64,000 bases of DNA from an uncultured Candidatus Rokubacteria bacterium (GTDB taxonomy: Bacteria; Methylomirabilota; Methylomirabilia; Rokubacteriales; CSP1-6). The notes under the pieces are model-generated. The model was not told the origin of the DNA, did not search any database, and worked only from the letters and a program-made list of their open reading frames with translations. A program made the position numbers and the translations under genes. Positions 42,004 through 52,112 of the stretch are shown one piece after another. Every line of letters begins with the position of its first letter. The first letter of the stretch is position 1. The stretch lies in the NCBI GenBank assembly GCA_963771355.1, contig CAVYTA010000006.1, positions 256,001-320,000 of the forward strand. Direction: 5' to 3'.

Positions 42004-42383
42004 GTCAGGTCCGTCAACCGATACTATCGACGGGCTCGGCGAGCGTCAACGTGCCCGGAAGGATACACGATTGGTCTGGATTGATGGCTGTCACCCGCCA
42101 CTGCCCACGTTAAGAGAACGGCGAGGCTCGTCACCCGTCGCATCACGCGGGGATTCTACTCTGCCCGGCGCTTTTGCGCTTGACAGCCTAGCGGAGGCGA
42201 ATCTTTCGCGCGCGGCCGGATCTTGTTTGTTGCCGTCCCTGCACCATGCGCCGGCCCACCATCGTGCGATCGGTCGCGGCTTCCGCGAAAATCACTACTC
42301 GCGCAGAGATCGCTTACCCGGATGGCTTCCCGCTCGCTCCGAATCCTGGGTGTAAGTTTCTTCCAGCAGAAGGAGGACACGCC

Positions 42384-43730
42384 ATGTCGTTTCCCGCGCC
42401 GACCGTGCTGGCCACACCCCAACCCACCGCCGAGCTGGATCGCCTCGGCGACGAGATCGCGGAGCTGTCCGCGCACCTCGACGCCGCCACCGCGCGGCTC
42501 CTCGCGCTCATCCGCGAGTTCGACGCCCGCGGTGGGTGGAACACGGGCTTCCGCTCCTGCGCCGAGTGGCTCGGCTGGCGCGTGGGCCTGGATAAGGGCG
42601 CGGCGCGGGAGTGGGTGCGTGTCGCGCGCGCCCTCGGGACGCTGCCCCGGTTAACTGAGGCCCTGAGCCGCGGGGAACTGTCCTATTCCAAGGTCCGGGC
42701 GCTGACCCGCGTGGCGACCCCGGAGACGGAAGCGCGGCTGCTCGCCGTCGGGCGGGCCGGCACGGCCGAGCATGTCGAGCGCATCGTGCAGGGCTGGCGG
42801 CAAGTGGATCGCCGGGCCGAGGCGCGGAAGGCCGTCCGGCAGCACGAAGGGCGGGGGCTCCAGGTCTATGAGGACGAGGACGGGATGGTGGTGGTGCGGG
42901 GCCGGCTCACGCCCGAGGCCGGGGCGCTCCTGCGGCGCGCGCTGGAAGCCGGACGGGAGGCGCTCTATCAGAAGGCGCGAACGGAACCGGGCACCGGTGC
43001 GGCAGACTCGGAACGGCAGCGGCCGACCATGGCCCAGCAGCAGGCGGACGCGCTGGCGCTGATGGCGGAGTCGGCACTGCACCATGCCCTCGATCCCGGG
43101 GCGCCGGGTGAACGCTACCAGGTGGTCGTTCATGTCGATGCGGCGGTGCTGGCCGATCCGGAGCAGCCGGGCCAGTCCGTCCTCGAGGACGGCGCCCACG
43201 TTCCCGCGGGAACGTCCCGCCGCTTGGCATGTGACGCGAGTCGGATCGTGATGCGGCACGACAAGAGAGGGCGCGTCGTGGAGATCGGGGCGCGAACACG
43301 GACCATTCCACCCGCCCTGCGGCGGGCGCTCCAGCATCGGGACCGGGGCTGCCGCTTCCCGGGCTGCGGGGTTCGGGTTGCCGAGGGCCACCATCTCCAC
43401 CACTGGGCGCAGGGCGGGCCCACGATGCTGTCGAACCTGGCGCTGCTCTGCCGCCGGCATCACCGGGCGGTGCACGAGGAGGGTTATCAGGCGGCGCGCG
43501 GGCCAGATGGGTCGCTCCAGTTCCGGCGGCCGGACGGCCGCCTGCTTCCTGAGGTACCGACAGCGCTTCGACGCGAGGAGGATCCCGTCATCCCCTTGCG
43601 GGCCGTTCACGCGGCGCAGGGACTTCGGCTCGGTCCGCACACGGCCCATCCCGCTTGGGCCGGAGAGCGCCTCGATCTGGGCTGGGCCATCGACGTGCTG
43701 CACCCGAGGGCCAATCCCCTGTCGAAATGA
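42384..43730 (+). CDS. DUF222 (13E12 repeat family) protein with C-terminal HNH endonuclease
   Basis: RBS AGGAGG; RRLACDA, RDRGCRFPGC, HHLHHW.GG.T..NL.LLCRRHHRAVH. Confidence 0.85.
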   Translation: MSFPAPTVLATPQPTAELDRLGDEIAELSAHLDAATARLLALIREFDARGGWNTGFRSCAEWLGWRVGLDKGAAREWVRVARALGTLPRLTEALSRGELSYSKVRALTRVATPETEARLLAVGRAGTAEHVERIVQGWRQVDRRAEARKAVRQHEGRGLQVYEDEDGMVVVRGRLTPEAGALLRRALEAGREALYQKARTEPGTGAADSERQRPTMAQQQADALALMAESALHHALDPGAPGERYQVVVHVDAAVLADPEQPGQSVLEDGAHVPAGTSRRLACDASRIVMRHDKRGRVVEIGARTRTIPPALRRALQHRDRGCRFPGCGVRVAEGHHLHHWAQGGPTMLSNLALLCRRHHRAVHEEGYQAARGPDGSLQFRRPDGRLLPEVPTALRREEDPVIPLRAVHAAQGLRLGPHTAHPAWAGERLDLGWAIDVLHPRANPLSK

Positions 43731-43824
43731 GTCTTCGGCGCCCGTCTTTGAAGTGAGCGCTCGGCGAGCTTCGGAGCGCTCCGGACGGCGGTAAGATGCC
43801 GGATGTACGGAAGAGCCTATGACC

Positions 43825-45457
43825 ATGGCCGACGCGCTCGATCGGGGCCGGGTGTCCTTTGGCCGGAAGGCCTGGGGAGATGCCTACGCCCAGCTGTCGG
43901 CCGCGGATCACCGAGGGGGCACTTGAGCCCGAGGACCTCGATCGGCTCGCGATCGCCGCTCACCTGGTCGGCCGGGATGCCGAAAGCGCCGACGTCCGGA
44001 CGCGTGCGCATCACGCGTTTCTGAGTCGAGGCGCTGTTCCGGAGGCAGCTCGGTGCGCGTTCTGGCTGGGCTTCACCTTGCTGCTCCAGGGCGAGCCGGC
44101 GCGCAGCGGCGGCTGGCTTGCCCGGGGCCAGCGGCTGCTGGACGACGGCCAGCACGACTGCGTGGAGCGAGGGTATCTGCTCCTGCTCCGCGCGCTCCGG
44201 TGCATGTTCGAGGGCGACGTCGCCACCATCTACGCTAACTTCGACCAGGCGGCCAAGATCGGCGAACGCTTCGGTGATTCGCAGCTGGTGACGTTCGGTC
44301 GCCTCGGCGTCGGTGAGGCTCTGCTCCGATCGGGACAGACCGCGGAGGGCGTGGCGCTGCTCGACGAGGTCATGGTCGCGGTCACGGCCGGCGAGGTGTC
44401 TCCGATCGGTGTCGGGATCGTCTACTGCGCCGTGATCGAGGAATGCCAGGAGATCTTCGACCTACGACGGGTAAGGGAGTGGACGACAGCGCTCAGCCAG
44501 TGGTGCGCGTCGCAGCCGGACCTCGTCCCGTATCGCGGCCAGTGCCTGGTGCACCGCGCCGAGCTCATGCAGCTGCAGGGTGCCTGGCGGGAGGCCATGA
44601 ACGAGGCCCAGCTGGCGTGCGTCCGCCTCTCCCAGACCGTTGGACGACCTTGGGTCGGCGGGGCCCTGTACCTGCAGGCCGAGCTCCACCGGCTGCGCGG
44701 CGAGTTCGTGCGAGCCGAGGAGGCCTACCGCCAGGCCAGCCACTCGGGACGTGAGCCACAGCCCGGCCGGGCGCAGCTACGGCTGGCTCAGGGAAAGGTG
44801 GATGCGGCAGCGACGGCGATCCGCCGCGTGCTGGATGAGGCACACGATCGCGCAACGCGGTCCAGGGTGCTGGCCGCGTACGTCGAGATCATGCTGGCGG
44901 CAAACGATGTGCGGGCGGCACGCGCTGCCGCCGACGAGCTGATGGAGATCGCCGCTGAGCTCGACGCACCGCTGCTGCGTGCGGTGGCCGCGCAGGCCAC
45001 CGGGGCCGCTCTCCTCGCCGAGGGCGATAGCCGAGGGGCGCTCACCGAGCTACGCCACGCATGGGCGGTCTGGCAAGAGATCGAGGCGCCCTACGAAGCC
45101 GCGCGGGTCCGAGTCCTCATCGGGCTCGCCTGCCGGGAGCTCGGGGACACCGACGCTGCGGAGCTGGAGTTCGACGCGGCGCGCTCGGTCTTCCGGCAGC
45201 TCGGCGCCACGCCGGATGTTATCCGGGTGGAGGCGCTGTCCCGCAAGGGAGCCGCCAGAGCAGCGGGCGGGCTGACCGTGCGCGAAGTCGAAGTGCTCCG
45301 ACTCGTGGCGGCCGGCCACACCAACCGGAAGATCGCGACGGCGTTGGTCATCAGCGACCACACGGTGCGCCGACATCTCCAGAACATCTTCGACAAGATC
45401 GGGGTGTCGTCGCGCGCCGCCGCCACCGCATTCGCGTTCCAGCACGACCTGATCTGA
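43825..45457 (+). CDS. Large LuxR family regulator (TPR-like region plus C-terminal HTH); frameshift at G5 43915-43919
   Basis: N-terminus [18 protein letters not shown] is out of frame with the body; C-terminal [23 protein letters not shown]...TVRRH. Confidence 0.85.
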
Positions 45458-45466
45458 CCCGCCGCG

Positions 45467-45520
45467 TGGTACGAACGGACCATACTCCCCGTGCGCCGAA
45501 GTTTGGTACGAGCGGGCGAT
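45467..45520. promoter_or_regulatory. Imperfect direct repeat, candidate operator for the LuxR regulator
   Basis: TGGTACGAACGGACCAT (45467) and TGGTACGAGCGGGCGAT (45504), between luxR and the monooxygenase. Confidence 0.5.
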
Positions 45521-45592
45521 GAAAGTGCCCCCGATGTCCGCTTACATTGCCTCCTGGAGGGAACCACGAATTACCCCGAAAGGAGACGTACG

Positions 45593-46756
45593 ATGGCTAC
45601 TTCTGTTGATTCGACGCCGATGCGGGCGACGGCAGTTCTCGATGCCGCACGTGACCTGGCACCGAAGATCGCGGCGCGGGCCGCACAGATCGAAGCGGCG
45701 AGGCGGGTGCCCCTCGATCTGATCGAGGACCTGACCGCGGCGGGATGCTTCCGCATGCTGCTGCCCCGCAGCCACGGTGGCGGGGGCGTCGATCTGGTGG
45801 GCGCGATGAGGGTGTGCGAGGAGCTGGGCCGGGCCGACGCGTCGGTTGGCTGGACGGTGATGATCGGGGCCAGCGGGTGGATCGATCTTGGGGGGCTTCC
45901 CCGGGCCTCGTTCGACGCGCTGTACGCCGACGGCCCCGACGTGATCATGGCCGGCGCCTTCAATCCGACCGGGACAGCCGAGTCCGTGCCCGGGGGGTAC
46001 CGGGTGAGCGGTCGGTGGGCGTTCGCCAGCGGCTGTCAGCACTGCCACTGGCTGTACGGCAACTGCATCGAGAGTAGTGGCGGCGCCTCTCAGCTGCGCA
46101 CCGTGGTGTTCTCGCCCGCCCAGATCCAGATCGAGGACACCTGGTCCGTGTCGGGCTTGTGCGGCACCGGAAGCCACCACTTCGTTGCCGACAACGTGTT
46201 CGTCAAGGCCGAACACACGTGTCTGACTCTCTCGGACGGACCGTGCCTGGACGAACCGCTGCTGCGGATCCCGCCGCCGCCGGTGTTGGCCTTCCAGATC
46301 GCCAGCATCGCAATCGGCATCGCGCAGGGGGCTCTGGACGACATCCTCGCTCTCTCCGCCGCCAAGGTGCCATTGCTCTCTCGCAGCCCGCTGACCGCGA
46401 ATCCACTATTCCAGCACCAGCTCGGGGCGGTAGACGCGAAGCTGCGAGGAGCCCGCGCCCTGTTGTACGCCGACGCCGCATCGGCGTGGGCGACCGCGGT
46501 GGCCGGCGCGCCTTTCACACCCGCCCAGCGGGCCCGGATGCGTTCGGCGGCCACGTTGGTTGCCGCGACCGCGGCGTCAGTCGTCGACGCTGCCTACGGC
46601 GCGGGGGGTGGGACCTCGCTCTACTCCGACAACCCGCTCCAGCGCCGCTTCCGTGACATTCACGCCTTGACCCAACATTTTCTGGTCAAGCCCGATACGT
46701 TCACCACGGCTGGTGCCGTGCTCGCGGGCGCGGAAGTCGACCTGACCGTGTTCTGA
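45593..46756 (+). CDS. Acyl-CoA dehydrogenase-fold flavin-dependent hydroxylase (HsaA-like)
   Basis: GRWAFASGC, TWSVSGLCGTGS and PLQRRFRDIH; RBS AGGAG. Confidence 0.85.
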   Translation: MATSVDSTPMRATAVLDAARDLAPKIAARAAQIEAARRVPLDLIEDLTAAGCFRMLLPRSHGGGGVDLVGAMRVCEELGRADASVGWTVMIGASGWIDLGGLPRASFDALYADGPDVIMAGAFNPTGTAESVPGGYRVSGRWAFASGCQHCHWLYGNCIESSGGASQLRTVVFSPAQIQIEDTWSVSGLCGTGSHHFVADNVFVKAEHTCLTLSDGPCLDEPLLRIPPPPVLAFQIASIAIGIAQGALDDILALSAAKVPLLSRSPLTANPLFQHQLGAVDAKLRGARALLYADAASAWATAVAGAPFTPAQRARMRSAATLVAATAASVVDAAYGAGGGTSLYSDNPLQRRFRDIHALTQHFLVKPDTFTTAGAVLAGAEVDLTVF

Positions 46757-46759
46757 AGG

Positions 46760-48326
46760 CTACTTGTCTAGCCACACGTTGTAGAAGCGTGGGAAGGCCA
46801 TCTTCTCGTTGTAGCCCTTGACGGAGGCCTGCATCGCGCGGAGCCCGAACAGGTCGCCATAGCGGATCACGGGGACCCGCTCGTAGAACGTCCGGTGGAC
46901 CTCCTCCCAGAGAGCCTTGCGCTTCGCCGGGTCTGGCTCCTTCCGGATCGCGTCCATGCGGCTGGTGATGGCCTCGTCGCAGGTCCAGCCCGGCCAGTCG
47001 CAGCGGAGGTAGGGGTGCTGGGTCGGGTCCGGCACCAGCGACATGCCCGTGGTGAAGATGTCGTACATCTTCTCGTTGTTCCGCCGCTGGACGAGGGTCG
47101 CCCAGTCCACCACCTGGAGATCGATGGTCATGCCGACATCTTCGAGCTGCTGCTTGGTCACCAGCGCGATGTTGTACATCCACTCGTACTCCTTGGTCGT
47201 CATGAAGCGGACGGGCTCTCCCTTGTACCCGGCCTCTTGCAGGAGCTTCTTGGCCTTGTCCTTGTTCCTCTGGTTGTAGCCGTCGCCGCCGGTCTTCGAG
47301 TGCCAGGCCGTCTGCTCCGTGAAGGCCAGCCCCGAGTCGAGCCGGTAGAAGAGCGGGTTCCCCACCGCGGCGCGCATGATCGGCTCGATGTCGATGGCCG
47401 CCTGCACCGCCTGGCGGAGCTTCACGTTGGTCATGAGGCCTTCCTTCTTGTTGAAGACCCCCATGCCCCAGGCGTACGGCCGCACGATGAGGGGCCGGAC
47501 CTTCGGGTTGTCCTTGAGACGATCGTAGGCCACGGCCTGGAGGTCATCGGCGAAGTCCACCTCTCCCGACTCGAGGCTGGCGACCCGCGTGGCCACTTCC
47601 GGCATCGGGATCCACCGGATCTCGTCGACGTAGGCGACCTTCCGCCCGCCGTAGCCGTTTGCCGCCTCGGTCCGCGGCTTGTAGTCGTCGTAGCGCACCA
47701 TCCGGATGTGGACGTCCGGCTTCCACTCGACGAACTTGAAGGGCCCGGTGCCGATGTACTCGGTGGCCTTGGCCGGCGTCGGATATTTCTCGACGATCTC
47801 CTTCGGATACACGGCGGCGAAGTTGTTGGCGTTGGCCAGGGAGATCAGGACGATGCCCGACTTCTCCTTGAGCTTGATCTCCACCGTGGACCTGTCGACG
47901 GCCCGCACGCCCTCCACCGAGGCCCACATGGCCTTGGCCTGCACGGCGTAGCCGCCCCACCGCTTCAGCGAGGCGACCACGTCCTCGCTGGTCATCTCCT
48001 TTCCGTTGTGGAACCGGATGCCCTGGCGCAGCTTGATCGTGTAGGTGAGCCCGTCGGCGCTCACTGCGGGGAGCGCCTCGGCCAGGACGGGAATCGGCTG
48101 GTAGTTCTGGTCCAGCGTGTAGAGGCTCTCGTAGATGTGCTGGGTGATGACCTCGACGAAGTTCGCCGTTGTCCAGTGGGCGTCGAGCGTGGGCGGGTCC
48201 CCGAGCACGGCGACCTTCAGCACCCCTCCCTTCTTGGGCGTCTGCGCCCGCGCCTCGAGCGCCGGTCAGGACCACCAAGCCGGCGACCAGCAGCAGTGTC
48301 AAACCAGATCGCAATCCGCGGCTCAT
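46760..48326 (-). CDS. ABC transporter substrate-binding protein (family 5); frameshift near the signal peptide (~48262)
   Basis: Signal MSRGLRSGLTLLLVAGLVV is out of frame with AQTPKKGGVLKV..., FHNG and IGTGPF. Confidence 0.85.
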
Positions 48327-48450
48327 GGCTAACCTCCTTCGGGATCAGGCGTTGTGCGAAGCCTGGCCCCATACGACCCTTCGGCTGAACGGCATGCTAT
48401 GCGAGACACACCGTCGCCGTCAATGCCGCTACCAGCTCGTCCGGCACCGA

Positions 48451-49644
48451 TCACCGCCGCCGCCGTCGCTCGACGAGCACGAGCGCGCCCACGGCGAGGA
48501 CGCCCAGGGTGCCGCCAATGGCGCACGCCGCCCGCACGCCGAGGTGCTCCGCGAGCGTCCCCACCAGCAGCGACCCGAACGGTGTCACGCCCGCGAAGGC
48601 CATCGCGTAGAGGCCCATGACGCGGCCGCGCAGGGCCTGCGGCGTGATGAGCTGCAGCGTGATGTTGCAGCTGGTCGAGAAGTAGATCTGGAGGCCACCG
48701 AGCACGGCGAGTACGGCCATCGCGACGCCGAAGTGGGTGACCAGGCCCAGTGTCGCGACGCCCGCGCAGAGGACGACGGCCGAGCCGGCCAGGAAGGCCA
48801 GCGGCGGGCGGTCGCTGCGTAGCAGGGCGAGGGCGCCCGCCCCGACGACGGCGCCCGCGCCCAGCGCCGACATCAGGAGCCCGAAGCCTTGCGCGCCCTG
48901 ATGCAGCACGTCGCGCGCGATGAGGGGCACCACCACGTTGAAGTTGAGGCCGAGCAGGCTCACGACGACGAGCAGGGTGAGGACGAAGCCCACGGGCGGG
49001 GTGCTCGCCGCATAGTTAACGGCGCCGATGAGCCCCTGGCGGATGCCGAGCTGGCCGGCGGGATCGGGACGGCCTTCGGTGCGCATGGCCAGGAGCGCGG
49101 CCAGTACGGCGACGAAGCTCGCCGCGTTGAGGAAGAAGGCCATGGCCACGTCGTAGCGCGCGATCAGGAGGCCGGCGACGCCCGGCCCGACGATGCGGGC
49201 GCCGTTGAAGACCACGGAGTTGAGCGCTACCGCATTGGGTAGGTCCGGCCGGCCCACGAGATCGGTGATGAAGGCCTGGCGGGCGGGAATGTCCACGGCG
49301 CGCCCCAGCCCGTAGATCGCGGCGAGCAGCGCCACATGCCAGTACTGGACGTGGCCGCTCCGGACGAGCAGCGCGAGCACGAGCGCCTGCACCATCATGG
49401 CGGCCTGGGTCACGAGGAGGATTTGCCGCTTGCCGAGGCGGTCGCTGAGCGCGCCCCCGACCGGCGAGAGGAGCAGGATGGGCGTGAACTGCAGCGCGTT
49501 CACGATCCCGAGCTGGAGCGGCGACCCCGTCAGCTCCAGCACCAGCCACGACTGTCCGACGCTCTGCATCCAGGTGCCGATGAGGGAGACGAGTTGCCCG
49601 CCCCAGAAGAGGCGGAAGTCGCGATGCCGGAAGGCGCCGAGCAT
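48451..49644 (-). CDS. MFS transporter (DHA3/EntS-like)
   Basis: FRLFWGGQLVSLIGTWMQ, PARQAF, NAVALNS and LRGRVMG. Confidence 0.9.
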   Translation of the reverse strand: MLGAFRHRDFRLFWGGQLVSLIGTWMQSVGQSWLVLELTGSPLQLGIVNALQFTPILLLSPVGGALSDRLGKRQILLVTQAAMMVQALVLALLVRSGHVQYWHVALLAAIYGLGRAVDIPARQAFITDLVGRPDLPNAVALNSVVFNGARIVGPGVAGLLIARYDVAMAFFLNAASFVAVLAALLAMRTEGRPDPAGQLGIRQGLIGAVNYAASTPPVGFVLTLLVVVSLLGLNFNVVVPLIARDVLHQGAQGFGLLMSALGAGAVVGAGALALLRSDRPPLAFLAGSAVVLCAGVATLGLVTHFGVAMAVLAVLGGLQIYFSTSCNITLQLITPQALRGRVMGLYAMAFAGVTPFGSLLVGTLAEHLGVRAACAIGGTLGVLAVGALVLVERRRRR

Positions 49645-49680
49645 ACCCCCCGAATCTACACGGCGAGGCGGGGGTGCTGG

Positions 49681-49709
49681 TTGACGTTGGTGGGCATGCC
49701 ACCTATACT
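49681..49709 (+). promoter_or_regulatory. Sigma70-type promoter with palindromic spacer
   Basis: TTGACG-17 nt-TATACT; the spacer contains GGTGG-gcatg-CCACC. Confidence 0.7.
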
Positions 49710-49896
49710 CGCGGAACAGACCGATAAGTCAGAGGTGCCGAGATAGCGACGCGGCGTTATCGGACCGGTCACTGCAATTGAAGCAACGAAGCCGGCGCGA
49801 GTCTGCGCCGATTTCCTCCGCTCAGCTCCCTCCCAGCCCGCTGTTCGGTCCAAGCCTAACCGCATCGCACCTCGTAGCCCAAGCGAAGGGGCCCGC

Positions 49897-50994
49897 ATGA
49901 CCACCGAGCGGCGCAGGTTCATCGTGAAGGCGGGCGGCATCATGGCGGCCACTGCAGCTGCCGCCATCGCCGATGCTCCCCACGTCATCGCGCAGCCGAA
50001 GGTCCAGTGGCGCATGTCCACGACCTGGACCCCGGCCCTCGACATGCTTCAGGGCTCGGCCCAGCGGCTGGCGAACGTCGTCGAGGAGATGAGCGGCGGG
50101 CGTTTCCGGATCGAGGTCTTCCCGGGCGGCCAGATCATGCCGCCGCTCGACTGCTTCGAGGCCGCCTCGCGAGGCACCATCGAGGCATTTCATGGGGCGC
50201 CGTACTACTGGCCCGAGAGGGAGCCCGCGGTCCAGTGGTTCTCGACCGTACCGTTTGGCATGGACCCCGCGGGCATGACCGCCTGGTACTACCAGGGGGA
50301 TGGGCTCCGGCTCTGGGAAGAAGCATACGCCGCTTTCAACCTGATGCCGCGCCCCGGGCCGGGGGTTGCCCCGCAGATGGCCGGATGGTTCCGGAGAAAG
50401 ATCAACACGATCGGCGACTACAAGGGGCTCAAGATGCGCATTCCCGGCCTGGGCGGCAAGGTCGTCGCCAAGGCGGGCGCCACGGTGGTCCTCATCCCGA
50501 GCAGCGAGATCTACGCCGCCCTCGAGCGGGGCGTGATCGACGCCTGCGAATGGATCGGCCCGCATGACGACATGAAGCTGGGCCTCCACAGGACCGCCCG
50601 CTACTACTATTACCCTGGCTGGCACGAGCCCGGCACCGTAACCGGATTCGGTTTCAACAAGAAGGCATACGACGCACTTCCCGTCGATCTACGCCGGACG
50701 CTCGACCACGCCGCCGAGGTCGTTCAGATCTACGGCCTCACGGATTACCACGTGAAGAACGCGATCGCGCTGGGGCGACTCAAGGTGGAGTTCAAGGACA
50801 AGGTCGAGGTTGTCCAGTTTCCGGTGCCGGTGCTGCGTGAGCTCAAAAGGCTGGCGACGGAGGCCGTCAGAGAAGAATCCGAGAAGACCCCCATGGCCAG
50901 GAAGGTGCACGCGTCCTACACGAAGTTCCAGGCCATGCTGGGCCCCTGGGACCACGTCGCCGAAGGCGCCTACCATCAGCTCGTCGCGGTGTGA
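49897..50994 (+). CDS. TRAP substrate-binding protein, TakP/DctP type, copy 1
   Basis: Tat RRRFI, QMAGWF, KMRIPG, EWIGPHDD and YPGWHEPG. Confidence 0.9.
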   Translation: MTTERRRFIVKAGGIMAATAAAAIADAPHVIAQPKVQWRMSTTWTPALDMLQGSAQRLANVVEEMSGGRFRIEVFPGGQIMPPLDCFEAASRGTIEAFHGAPYYWPEREPAVQWFSTVPFGMDPAGMTAWYYQGDGLRLWEEAYAAFNLMPRPGPGVAPQMAGWFRRKINTIGDYKGLKMRIPGLGGKVVAKAGATVVLIPSSEIYAALERGVIDACEWIGPHDDMKLGLHRTARYYYYPGWHEPGTVTGFGFNKKAYDALPVDLRRTLDHAAEVVQIYGLTDYHVKNAIALGRLKVEFKDKVEVVQFPVPVLRELKRLATEAVREESEKTPMARKVHASYTKFQAMLGPWDHVAEGAYHQLVAV

Positions 50995-51006
50995 GGAGGT
51001 AGCCTG

Positions 51007-52104
51007 ATGAGCGAGCGACGCACGTTCATCGCGAGGGCAGGCGGGGTGGTGATGGCGGCGGCCGCCTCGGCGATCGTCGATGCCCCCAATGTCATCGCCC
51101 AGCCGAAGGTCCAGTGGCGAATGTCCACGGCCTTCACCGCGGTGTTTGACATACACCACGGTGCGGCCCAGCGACTGGCGAAGGTCGTGGAGGAGATGAG
51201 CGGCGGGCGCTTCCGGATCGAGGTCTTCCCGGGCGGCCAGATCATGCAGCCGTTCGATTGCTTCAACGCCGCCTCCGAGGGCAAGATCCAAGCGTTCATC
51301 GGTTCGGGCCAGTACTGGGCTGACAGAGAGCCTGCGATCGAGTGGTTCTGTACAGTCCCATTCGGCATGAACCCCGAGGGCATGGCCGCCTGGCACTATC
51401 AGGGCGACGGGCTCAAACTCATGGAGGAGACGTATGCCACCTTCAACCTCGTGCCGCGCCCCGGCCCGGGGGTGGCCCCGCAAATGGCCGGATGGTTCCG
51501 GAAGAAGATGAACACGATCGGCGACTACAAGGGGCTCAAGATGCGCATGGGCGCGCCCCTCGGCAACAAGGTCATCGCCAGGGCGGGCGCAACGGCGGTT
51601 CTCCTTCCGGGCAGCGAGATCTACGCCGCCCTCGAGCGGGGGGTGATCGACGCCAGCGAATGGGTTGGGCCGCACGACGACCTGAAGCTCGGGCTCCACA
51701 ACACCGCGCGGTACTACTACTATCCCGGCTGGCACGAGCCTGGCGCCACGCTCGACTTTGGCTTCAACAAGAAGGCATACGAGGCACTCCCGGTCGACCT
51801 GCAGCGGACCCTCGATCATGCCGCCGCCGCAGTCCAAGTCTATAGTCTCAGCGAGTTTCACGCGAAGAACGCGATCGCGCTGGGACGGCTCAAGACGGAG
51901 CTCAAGGCCAAAGTCGAGGTGGTCCAGCTCCCGGTGCCGGTGCTGCGCGATCTCAAGAAGCTGGCGGCCGAGGTCGTGAGAGAAGCATCCGAGAAGACTC
52001 CCATGGCCCGGAAGGTGCACGCCTCCTTCACGAAGTACCAGGCGCTGGTGGGCCCCTGGGACCACGTCGCCGAAGGCGCCTACCACCAGTTCGTCGCGGG
52101 TTGA
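51007..52104 (+). CDS. TRAP substrate-binding protein, TakP/DctP type, copy 2
   Basis: Same motifs; paralog of copy 1. Confidence 0.9.
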   Translation: MSERRTFIARAGGVVMAAAASAIVDAPNVIAQPKVQWRMSTAFTAVFDIHHGAAQRLAKVVEEMSGGRFRIEVFPGGQIMQPFDCFNAASEGKIQAFIGSGQYWADREPAIEWFCTVPFGMNPEGMAAWHYQGDGLKLMEETYATFNLVPRPGPGVAPQMAGWFRKKMNTIGDYKGLKMRMGAPLGNKVIARAGATAVLLPGSEIYAALERGVIDASEWVGPHDDLKLGLHNTARYYYYPGWHEPGATLDFGFNKKAYEALPVDLQRTLDHAAAAVQVYSLSEFHAKNAIALGRLKTELKAKVEVVQLPVPVLRDLKKLAAEVVREASEKTPMARKVHASFTKYQALVGPWDHVAEGAYHQFVAG

Positions 52105-52112
52105 GGGGAGTG

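Noticed and set aside
42105..42200. Weak resemblance of ACGTTAAGAG and TTGACAGCCTAG to HEARO/omega-RNA motifs, or TTGACA as a -35 box
   Set aside because: The motif order does not fit, the adjacent protein is DUF222-HNH rather than IscB (no RuvC/PLMP), and there is no good -10 box at the right spacing.
43924..43926. TGA early in the LuxR gene as a possible third Sec codon
   Set aside because: The protein continues in a different frame after a G5 run, and there is no Cys-type motif, so this is a frameshift.
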